Source: Octopus vulgaris
Taxonomy: Eukaryota
DNA length: 64,000 nt
Direction of reading: 5' to 3'
Assembly (NCBI GenBank): GCA_951406725.2
Contig: OX597830.1
Coordinates: 52,204,001 to 52,268,000 of the forward strand
Shown piece after piece: positions 39,960 to 51,334 of this stretch. The notes under the pieces are model-generated. The model did no database searches and was not told the origin of the DNA. It was given only the letters and a program-made list of their open reading frames with translations. Numbering within the stretch: position 1 is the stretch's first letter; the number at the start of each line of letters is the position of its first letter. The position numbers were made by a program, and so were the translations under genes.

Positions 39960-40520
39960 GAGAGGTTGAGGAATGATAAAACTTCAAAAGTCGTCTCGGT
40001 TAACCTCCACGTTTCTTGCGAGGTCAACAAGCGTTTCTTAACTCGATCTCAGCCGTCTGCTCTCAAAATATATTCTATATTAACGTCGAATATCTGTTTC
40101 GCTATTCCGTAGCTGGAATCTTAATGTTTACAGACTTGTTTTGTCAACATTTCGCTGCAGATTTTTGTTACGTTTCCTCGGCCGCCATTTTAACTTTCAG
40201 ATTCTGAATGTTTAAAAGGGATTTAGCTTTATTCAACGTCAATTTTACTCGGAGTGAAGTAGCTGAGAGAGTGAAAGAGTGTGATAGCGAGAGAAGGCGA
40301 GATGGAGGGAGGGGAAAAGACAGACAACGGAGGAGAGGGAAAAAAGCAGACAGGCAGAGCTGGAAGGAGTAGAGAGAGAGAGAAGTCTGACAGAGAAGGC
40401 GGGAGAGTGAGGAAGAGAAAGTTTTCCTTCATCTTTATCTTCTTGAGAGAATGGCTAAAACACTTCACAGAAATACCGGAAGAATCGACATTATTTATTC
40501 ACAACAGGTTGTAATCAATT
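39960..40520. promoter_or_regulatory. Candidate regulatory/promoter-like island with YY1-type motif
   Basis: Non-repetitive, CpG-containing sequence with GCCGCCATTTT at 40181-40191 next to a GA-rich tract; no transcript evidence. Confidence 0.3.
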
Positions 40521-40651
40521 GAAGCGTGATTTGACTTAATACACACGCGCACACATATATATCCTATATATAACAGTATAGTCCCCAATCTATCATCAGA
40601 TTACATATTTGCGCGTGTAGGTGTGTGTGTGTGTATGTCAATATATATGTT

Positions 40652-40743
<92 letters not shown>

Positions 40744-41439
40744 CATATATAAATATATGTATAAAGATGCAATTATATATATATATATATGTGTGTATGC
40801 ATGTATGTATGTATACAACATTTAAGCTTAATATAATAATAGTAGTAACATAACCTAAACATTTAATAAAAATTATTTAATAAAGATCACTAATGAAGAA
40901 AAAACCGATTGAAAAAAGGACCAACCCAGCCAAAAAATGAAAATGAACAAAAACTCTTTAATTGCAACACTACACTCGAAATCAAAAATAACATACACAA
41001 CTATTAAGACGAACAAAGAACCTTACAAAAATAACAATTTCGACCTTAACCGATTTTAAGACCAATCATCAGCTTCACGGAGCGATGGGGGTGAAGTTTA
41101 GGTCAACAACATACATCTAAGTATAAAAACACCCCAAACTCCAACAGAACACTAACAAAAATTTACTTCAACCAGTTCACTTCAAGAATGACCAAATGGA
41201 CAGACCCTGATGAAAGCCGCATTGACAATATTGCAAGGTTGAATTGGCAACGGCAAGTAGTCGCTGCAATGGAAACAGGTGTAAATCATTATAATATGCT
41301 GCATATAACTATAAAATAAATTCTGTGTATGTACAAGTCTCCAAACTCCTTATTATCATTAATATTAAGATATACTACCGGCAAAATTTACAGTTCAGCG
41401 TAGAGCACACAGAATTACCCATCGGAAGAATTCACGGAG

Positions 41440-42872
41440 TGACTAAGAATTAATTGTAGACATATTTTCATTTTCAAAATTTAATAGAATCTACAGAATT
41501 ATTTTATTATTTTGTCAACGCCTGCTTTCAAAGTGACGTCCGTTCTGGCCCAGGCATTGCTGACAAAGCGATGCAATGGAATCGCAAACAATTCGTTTAG
41601 TATTTGTATACATTCCCGTTCAATGGCTGCTCTCAAATCAACGATTGTTGCAAGTTTCATAGCGCAGACTTTGTTCTTTAGATATCCCCATAAAAAAGTC
41701 TAGTGGTGTGAGGTCTGGTGAACGTGGAGGGCATTCAACGAAACCCCTTCGTCCAATCCACCTGCTTGGCAAGATCACATCAAGAGAGGATCTAACATCG
41801 CGATGGTAATGCGAAAGTATCCAATCTTGCTAAAAATAAAACTCCTCATCTTCAAACTCTTCTCTAAGGATTGGCATGACAGACTGTTGCAGCAATTTCA
41901 GATAGCGTCACAGTAGCGTCAAAAAAGAATAATCCAATTAATCCTGTTGATGAGAAACCACACTACACTGTTACTCCTAGGTAAATTAACTTGGTGTTCC
42001 CTCACAACATGCGGATTCTCAGGTCTCCAATAGGTGCAATTATGGCGGTTAATTGCACCATTTAATTTGAATGAGGCCTCATCCCTCCACAATCTTTGTT
42101 GGAAAGTGTGCATCTTCTACACATCGTGCCAAGTACCACTCGCAATACTGCACTCTTCGGTCTAGATCATCGTCATTAGTGGCATGGACTAATCTTGAAA
42201 CGTAACTTTTCCATTGACAACGCTTCAAAATGTGTTGGACAGACGATTTTGAAATACCTATTTCTTTAATACCCACAAGGGGCTAAACACAGAGAGGACA
42301 AACACACGGATTAAGTCGATTATATCGACCCCAGTGCGTAACTGGTACTTATTTAATCGACCCCGAAAGAATGAAAGGCAAAGTCAACCTCGGCGGAGTT
42401 TGAACTCAGAACGTAACGGCAGACGAAATACGGCTACGCATTTCGCCCAGCGTACTAACGTTTCTGCCAGCTCGCCGCCTTAAATTTTGAAATACCTATC
42501 TCACGACTCGCTTGCAGCACAGATTTTCATGAACTTTGGTGATAAGTTTCCAGCACACATTTTTGCTTTGTGGAGGTTATCGATGTTCGCGGTCTTCCGG
42601 AACGCTTCTTTTGGAAATTCTGAACAATTCCATCAACTTCAAACTTATCTCTAATTTAAGTGATGGTAAGTCGCGTTGGTAGATCTATCTAAACTGTCTT
42701 TGCACTTTAACTACGTTTTCACATTTCTAGAAGCATTTTAGAATGAGTTTCCTTTGTTCAAAGCTTTGTCTGATTGCCATCATTAATTCCAATGAGTTTA
42801 ATCCGGAAAGAAAAAAACATCAATTGAGTTATCAGCTGTTGAAGTGTGTATACATCTTTTCGGGACACCATA
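41440..42872 (-). mobile_element. Tc1/mariner-superfamily transposon (DDD-type, probably rosa/DD41D-like), degraded, with nested SINE
   Basis: [11 protein letters not shown]...[48 protein letters not shown]; 5' TIR-like TATATGGTGTCCCGAAAAAGATGTATAC. Confidence 0.85.
42262..42483 (-). mobile_element. SINE family A, full length, with 16-bp TSD
   Basis: Flanked by ATTTTGAAATACCTAT at 42246-42261 and 42484-42499. Confidence 0.9.
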
Positions 42873-42894
42873 TATATATATATTATATGTGTGT

Positions 42895-43117
42895 GTGTGT
42901 GTGTGTCTTTGTCTTCGTTTTTATCACCCACCACCACCACCACCACCACCGATTGTCAAGCAGCATTGGTGTGTTTGCGTCCCTGTAACTTAGCGGTTTG
43001 GCAAAGTAAACTGATAGAATACGTATCAGGATTAAAAAAATACTAGGGTCGATACATTCGACTAAAAATTCAAGTTGATGCCCCAACAAGGCCGCAATCT
43101 AATGACATAAATAAGTA
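42895..43117 (+). mobile_element. SINE family B, 3' half, degenerate
   Basis: GTAACTTAGCGGTTTGGCAAA...GATAGAATA...GGGTCGAT motifs. Confidence 0.65.
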
Positions 43118-43739
43118 ATAGATAATTGACAATATATCTATGTATGTATGTATGTATGTATGTATATATACACATACATATGTATATATGTATATATATA
43201 TTTGTATGTATATGTGTGTATTTATATATACATATATGTATATATATATATACATATATGTTATAATATGTATATATACCGATATATACATATACATATG
43301 CATATATATGTGTGTGTAGAAAGAACCTTAATTAGGTCAGGACGCATCTACACCACTGATCACTCATAATGAAGATAGTGTAATACAATATAAGATAAAT
43401 GAACAGATTTAAAAGGAATCGAAAAACTGACGAAGTGATTATCATTTCCTTTGGGTAATCAGACCAGTCCGTAGCAATAAATTTTTATAGTCTTTTAAAT
43501 ATTAGAAGTCTAGTACCAAGATGAATAAAGTCAATTGAAATTCAAACCATATTTTTACTTCTTTCACAATTGTGAGGCTTCGTGCAGATTTGTTAAAATC
43601 CAGCTTAAGTAAATTTTCGATTATCTGAATAGCTTATCATATGTTCCCTTTTATCTATGTGATTTCTAATTGCAATTCCTTATTTGGAAAATACTAAAAC
43701 GCTTTTCTAAATGAATGAGCGCATTTTACTGTTAATTCG

Positions 43740-44090
43740 TATCCGCCATTTATTGGAATATTCTTCCAGGCAGAGATCACATTTCGAATTCCCAGTAGTA
43801 TACGGTGAAGCACTACTAATTGATTATTTAATATGTTTAGTGTCCCTATCTATTAAAGTCCAGATGAACCCACACAAAATTGCACAATTTTGTACACTAT
43901 TTTTGAAAGAAGAATTCTCGTTACGTAATCTTTGCTTAATATCAGTACAGCATGACCTATGTTATCATTAGAAATATGATCAGATTAGATATAGCATCAG
44001 CAGTTACTGTACATCTATAAACTAGGCATTTTCTAAGGTATTGACCTTCAAGTGGACACATAAATTTGATCTTACAGTTGATGGAGTATA
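43740..44090 (-). mobile_element. Penelope-like GIY-YIG fragment (Penelope/Poseidon type)
   Basis: NCKIKFMCPLEGQYLRKCLVYRCTVT (cf. CNCR...CPL.G.CL...VVY), then IKQRLRNENSSFKN...FIWTL and PYTTGNSKCDLCLEE. Confidence 0.7.
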
Positions 44091-45759
44091 TGGTATACAG
44101 CATGTATGTAAATGATATATACTTCATAATATATAGAACAGAAAATCTCACAAAATGAAAAAAAGGGAGCAAATCTAGAAACAACATCTAGAAAAGTAAA
44201 AATAGTATTTTTAACAATGCAATGGCTCCATACACAGATAAAACTATATGTGTTTACTTCACTATACTTACAAGTCAAGGACATTATTAAATGTCAGTTA
44301 TGAAATCCCTACATTGAAGAACTTTTATCGCCTTCACAAACCAAACATAAGTAAGATATATATTGCAGTCAATGTATTCTCTGAGTAATAGACCCAGTCA
44401 TAAACATTTCAAACTCAGCTCTCATTCAGTTGCTACGTTAGATATTTGATTACGAAACTTTCCGCCATAGCTATTCAAAAGTAGCAACATACTGAATTGA
44501 TCGTCGACAACACAAATATCATCTACATCTAGAGCTGGAGCTGATGAATGATTTAATAATTTGGTGTGTCTAAGGAGAGTTCTTATGCCCAAAACGCTTT
44601 GATAATTATTAATTATTTAACAATTAGTAATCATTAATTGTTTAATAATTATTAATTATTTAATGATTATTTAATAACATTTAATCAGTCATTAATAATT
44701 GCTAATTATTGATTATCGACTAATGAAATGATCGTAATGAAATATATTAAACTGCCGTTTGTCTTTGTTGCTTTTAAATTCTTTATGGCTCTGCTTACTA
44801 CGTAATGGCTTTAATCAATAACGTTGCTCCATTGACAGCAACATACCACCGCTGGTGTTTAAAGAGTTTTTGATTATTAATAGTTTTAGTATTAAATTTA
44901 GTTCGGTTACTTTTTCTGTTGTCATTGTATATATTTTTTAAACTTTTAAATCTTAAAATTTTTAATATAATAATTTTTTAATTCCTTGATCATACATTTT
45001 AAATTTCATTTTTAAAATTTAAAATTTTCATTTACTTTTTTTATTAACATCTTAGCCTTTTCAATCCTAGCCTTTTCAAATTTAATTTCAAAACTTCAAA
45101 TTTAAGCCAATTTTATTTTAAAGCTTTATTCAAGATTTTAGGATTTATTTTTATTTTTACTTTAATTTTTAATTTTTAATTTTCAAATAATAAATTTCAT
45201 ACAATTTTTTATTTTAATTTTTACCATTTTTGCAATATAGCAGCTTTATTTTTAAAACTAAATTTATTTAAACTTTTAAATTTTTACTTTATATTTTTGT
45301 TTTAATTTACTTTATTTTAATCATAACCATACGTGAATGTATAATGGTCTTTTCACCTAAGCCTAGAAAAATTCTTTCCATTGAGCGGTCAAAATGAAGC
45401 GTTTAGCTTTGGAATATGCTGATGGTGTATTACAACAACTAAATGACGAAAACGAGATTCAAATGAATTGTTATGGTGAAATTCAGAGTTCTGAAAGCGA
45501 GTGCTCCATACATGCGTCATTTAATAAATTTAGTCGTCTATTTCAAACGATTTGGAATCCTATTTCTTTTGTTGTTACACAGGTGGTTTGTCGATAAGTA
45601 TGTGTGTGAGTGTGCTTCTATGTTTGATTGTATGTGTTTGTGTGTGTATGAGTGCGTATGTGTTTGTGTGTGCATGTGTTCTGTGTGTGTTTGTATGTGT
45701 GCGTGCATGTATGTCTGTGTGCCTGTGTGTGTGTGTGTGTCTGTGTGACTCTGTGTGTA

Positions 45760-45794
<35 letters not shown>

Positions 45795-46030
45795 GTGGTT
45801 GGTTTAGTGTTCAGGCTTGTTACTCACACTATCGTGGTTTCTATTCCAGACCGTCTGCGCGTTGTGCTGTTGTTCGAAACAATTCATTTCGCGTTGCTGC
45901 TCTAGTTCACTCAGCTGTGAACAAGTAATACTACCAGTTGGGTGGCATTATTTCAAAGCTAGAACGATGCAAAGTACATTGTGACCAGCGATGTATAACG
46001 ACATCCATTAGTCAGGCCAATCACGTGATA
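45795..46030 (+). mobile_element. SINE family E, degenerate
   Basis: GTGGTTTCTATTCC B-box remnant, GCGTTGTG and TTCACTCAGCT motifs as in 55035-55190. Confidence 0.5.
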
Positions 46031-46171
46031 TTTATATATATACATATATATATATATGAATATGATATATATATATATATATATATATATCATATTCATA
46101 TATATATATGTATATATATAGACAGGTGCTTCATGTACTTTAATATAACTATGAATTTATGATATATATAT

Positions 46172-46236
<65 letters not shown>

Positions 46237-46320
46237 GACAGGTGCTTCATGTACTCTAATATAACTATGAATTTATGATATATATATATATATATATATG
46301 TGTGTGTATATATATGTATG

Positions 46321-46374
<54 letters not shown>

Positions 46375-46380
<6 letters not shown>

Positions 46381-46960
46381 AAATATTAGGGAATAAATCC
46401 AAACTTACAGGGAAAAATCAGATTTAGGATTAAATCCAATTTTATAGTATAAATATATTATATTATATTAAATTAGAGATAAAACCACTATTAGGCAAAT
46501 CAAACAATGAAAAACATAAGCCAATACATAAAATTAATTTAATTTATATTATTTTAAATATATATCATAAGTATTAAAAGTTTAATAAAATATAAAGAGT
46601 AAAACACTACGATCGTTTCATGGCTGTACAATTCGAATAACAATAATTTAAATTCAATTAATAATTCGAGTTATGGTTACAGTCAATCTTCAGGTTAATT
46701 GAAATATCTAAAAAATAATCAGAAATATTTAAACAATATTTTTAAGATATAAATAATATGATAATTTTACTTATAATAAACTCTATTATCAAACTAGAAA
46801 CATAAAACTTAACAATTATGATTATATCAAAATCGACTATAATGTTAAATATTAATTTTAATTTATAAGGTAGGAAACCCACCAATAATCTAATATTGGT
46901 ATTAATCTATATCTAATTACATAAATATTTAAAAATGACTATTATATATAAATTATCAAT
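46375..46960 (-). mobile_element. AT-rich insert in (TA)n, probable Penelope-like terminus (pLTR)
   Basis: Contains a hammerhead-like core at 46605-46697 and a downstream GTAAGT donor-like motif on minus; no coding evidence. Confidence 0.4.
46605..46697 (-). ncRNA. Hammerhead ribozyme-like motif with extended stem II
   Basis: Minus strand reads CTGAAGA-T-TGACTGTA...TACAGCCA-T-GAAA-CGATCG-TA; palindromic stem III and GUA triplet; stem I weak. Confidence 0.45.
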
Positions 46961-47004
46961 TAAAAATATATAAATGTATATATGTATATGTATATATATG
47001 TATG

Positions 47005-47096
<92 letters not shown>

Positions 47097-48149
47097 ATAT
47101 GTAGTAGACATGTCTGTAAATGTGGGAGGGTTGTATCAAAAGGTGAGAATGAATGCTCACCACTGCATTAGGTGGATAAATCATTTTTGTTGATCAACAA
47201 TGCTTCGAATGGTTTCACTTCACAATGCTGACACTTGCCTCATTTTGGATGGGAATACACATGATTACGAGAGGTTTGCCTGACTTTAAAATGAATACAC
47301 AGGTCAGGGCAGGTAGCTTATTACAGTTTCTTTAATGGCAATCACTTCTCTTAGATTAGCCCTGGATTCTTGCTAGAATTCGCTTTTACCTTAACTTGAT
47401 TTACCATAGTTTCACCATAGCTTAGATATTCATCTTATGTGAGAACGTTCATACCCATATTTATAAATATATCTATCCAGCATGCGTTTGGTTAATGTTT
47501 GAGCATGCGCGTCTTATTATTTATGTGGTTTCACAGGTTTCCAGTGAAAATTAATCGATGATGTTCTACATTCATAGAAATATTGGTAAGTTCATATACA
47601 TGTATTTTGTGAACAGAAATGAATATGTACGATGGAGTTTAGAGCTGCCGCATGAAATCCCGAGAATAGATATATGTAATGCATGTGTATGCATCTGTCT
47701 GTAAGTGTGCGCATTAGAGGCTGAGCATGAGAATGTGTGTGAGTATGTGTGTATATGTGTGTGTTTCAATATGCTTATGTATACGTCTGATGTTAGAGTA
47801 TATGTGAGAGAAGTTGAGAGTGTATGTGTTTGTATGTGTACGTGAGAATAAACATGGTTGCATGTAGGTTTCTGTAAGTGTACGTATGTGTGAATGGTGG
47901 TTAATATGTGTGTGCATGCGTGTTAGAGAATGCATTGCGTGTATATGTGCGTCTATGCTTGTACATGTGCGTATGTGAATGTAAATGAGTTTGCACGCAT
48001 GATCATATGTGTTAGAGCATGCATGCATATGTATGCGTGACTTTGTGTGTATATGTATGTGATGGGGGGCAAGTATGTTTGTGAGTAAGCATGTATGTCT
48101 GTGAATGAATGTAAGCATGTTTGTGTGTGTGTATGTGTATGTGCGTGTG

Positions 48150-48187
<38 letters not shown>

Positions 48188-48970
48188 TGTGCGCGTGTGT
48201 GTGCGTGTGTAGAAGTAACACCGCCCTAAATAATGTAACATGTACTTGTCCGAAATTCTTTCTCAATGGCATCATATTACAAACTCTTGGAATGAGAATA
48301 TCAAGTTACGGCAACGATTAATTGTTTGCAACAATTCTTTAAAAGTTCTGCAACTTTTTTTCTCTTGGAGAGATGAAATAGATAGTGCAGCAGAAAATTC
48401 TTTGTACAGTTCTGAAAAGAAACGTTAAGAGTATTTCTTATCTGCATTTAGATTCTTCATTCCCTGACCACTTCAAGAGAATGAACAAGAATGGTTTCTG
48501 TGGCTTCAAAGATAATTGCGATTATCTCGTGAATCCTTTGTGAAGGAGTTAGTATGACACAGTACTATACAGCTATAGATCTATGGGAAATTGCTTATCC
48601 GTACACATATTTATACACACACACATGTGTATGCGTGTTTATATATACATATATATATATATATGCGTGTGTGCGTGCGTGTGTATGTCGGTGTGCATGT
48701 ATTATATCAATGTTGTTTGTACACGTAGATATATATATGAATGGATGTATGCGTATGTGTGTATGTGTGTGTATGTGTGTACGCGTGTGTGTTAATGTGT
48801 CTGAGTGTGCGTGTGTGTGTGTATGTGTATGTACGTGTGTGTTAATGTGTGTGTGTGTGCGCGTGTATGCCTATAGCAATAGAATGGTGGATAAAGGGAT
48901 ACTAGAAATTCAAACGATGTTTTAGACATTAAATTAAATCTATACATATACCTGATAGATATAAGCATAT

Positions 48971-49540
48971 ACACAGGGTGCGGTAAACATTTTGTCTAAA
49001 TTAAGCAAAAATGAAAATAAAATTGAACTCTTATTTTAACAGATATATTTACCAAAATTGCATAAAAAATATCTTGAAATACTAAAGAGTAAATTCATAT
49101 AATCAAATCGCCATTGGCTTCCACCACGACCTCCAGACGTCTTCAGAATTTCCCGCAACTCTTCTGAACGGTATGCTGCTGTAATCCTTGCCTTCGGTTC
49201 ATCTTTCGTGTTACAAGGAGTTTTTATGGTCTGTCGCTGAGCTGCGCCCCACACATAGTATGCAGTCTGGGGAGTTAGTTGACCAGATTTTAGGGGTGAT
49301 ATGGTCGAAAAATTGTCTCATAGCCATGACTGGGCCCTCCTGCTTGTTTGTCATGGTGCAGAGTCTTGTTGCCAGACATAGGATCATCCAGCAGCCGCCC
49401 ACTTGATCCAGGGCAGCGCTATCTCCTCCAGGCAGTTGATGTAGGCCTAGATGTTGAGTGTGAGGCCGTGTGGGTAGATGAATGGAGGCATAACGTCACC
49501 ATCACTAGTGATCACTGCAAACACCTTGATGTTGAATATA
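48971..49540 (-). mobile_element. Tc1/mariner-superfamily (maT/DD37D-like) transposase 3' fragment with TIR
   Basis: [68 protein letters not shown]; TIR-like ACAGGGTGCGG at ~48973. Confidence 0.8.
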
Positions 49541-50164
49541 TGTTTGATTTTTATCACTCTCGGTACATGTTTTGTGGATGCATATATGTGTGTGCATGTG
49601 AGTGTAAGTGCGTGTATGAGTAAGAGTGTGTGTGTGCGAGTGTGTGTGTATGCATGCACGCACATATATAGGATATGCATATAATATGGTACAGTAATAT
49701 AAGAATAGAAGCACAACTCATTAATGTGTGTGTGTACGCATGTATGACGCATGTATGCTTGAATGAATGCTTATAAACAGAACAAGAGAAATATTTCTCG
49801 GCTTCCTTTGACGGTGACGACGATGATGATGCCATACGAAATTATCACCACCACCACCACCACCACCACCACATCATCATCATCATCATCATCATCATCA
49901 TGACAATCATCGCTAATAAACGGAAGTATGCGTAGGTAGGTAGGAAGGAGACGCATTAACGAGTGTTATTGATATATTTATCAATAATTAATGACCTTTT
50001 AAATACACGTTGCCTCATCGCTTTCTTTACCACCACCTATTACAGCACAGCCCACCAGTTTTACAAGTTCACAAATATCCTTCTCAAATACCACTCCGAA
50101 ACACTACTAAATGTATGTACATGTTTGTTTGTGTGTGTGTACACATGCGCTCGCATGTGGGTGA

Positions 50165-50210
<46 letters not shown>

Positions 50211-50214
<4 letters not shown>

Positions 50215-50700
50215 TGAACTCTTATTTTAACAGATATATTTACCAAAATTGCATAAAAAATATCTTGAAATACTAAAGAGTAAATTCATATAATCAAATC
50301 GCCATTGGCTTCAACCACGACCTCCAGACATCTTCAGAATTTCCCGCAACTCTTCTGAACGGTATGCTGCTGTAATCCTTGCCTTCGGTTCATCTTTCGT
50401 GTTACAAGGAGTTTTTATGGTCTGTCGCTGAGCTGCGCCCCACACATAGTATGCAGTCTGGGGAGTTAGTTGACCAGATTTTAGGGGTGATATGGTCGAA
50501 AAATTGTCTCATAGCCATGACTGGGCCCTCCTGCTTGTTTGTCATGGTGCAGAGTCTTGTTGCCAGACATAGGATCATCCAGCAGCCGCCCACTTGATCC
50601 AGGGCAGCGCTATCTCCTCCAGGCAGTTGATGTAGGCCTAGATGTTGAGTGTGAGGCCGTGTGGGTAGATGAATGGAGGCATAACGTCACCATCACTAGT
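50211..50700 (-). repeat. Duplicate of 49020-49509 embedded in (TA)n
   Basis: 490 bp; I see two substitutions; identical ORF translations (49188/50379 and 49211/50402). Confidence 0.95.
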
Positions 50701-50732
50701 ATATATATATGTATATATATATATATATATAT

Positions 50733-50788
<56 letters not shown>

Positions 50789-51264
50789 GGACATACATTT
50801 GTACATACATAGATATATAAATATATGTGTGTCTGTCTGTCTGTGTATACATATATATACATATATATATATTTATATGTATATATTCCTGTGTGAATAA
50901 TATGTTATATACGTAAACAAGTATAAATTCCCATGCATGCACTCGCAGACATACATGTGCATATACATTTATGTATACACACGCATATAAAATTTATGTA
51001 CGTTTATGTTTACAGAAATATATATACGTTTATGTACGTTAATGTTTACAGAAAAACAAAAGACGAAGACAGGTGTATAAACAACAAACAGGTGTATTAG
51101 TTTAACGCTCGGGAAGGTGAGAAAGTCCTTCATGTTTCCAGCCTACACTCTTGAAAAGAAAGGAACACGAGGAAAGAAACAGACTATAAAAATCTTGTGA
51201 AGTTAGCGATCAATCATGCCGGCTGGCTAGTATGTATATACATACACACACACACTCACCCGCT

Positions 51265-51330
<66 letters not shown>

Positions 51331-51334
<4 letters not shown>

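Noticed and set aside
44580-45310. Extremely AT-rich tract as a replication origin or organellar insertion
   Set aside because: No recognisable mitochondrial gene or defined motif; it lies near a Penelope fragment and is more simply low-complexity or TE-derived.
51120-51160. Hammerhead-like remnant on minus (TTCAAGAGTGTAGGCTGGAAACATG)
   Set aside because: Core and stem II are too degenerate to support from this copy alone.
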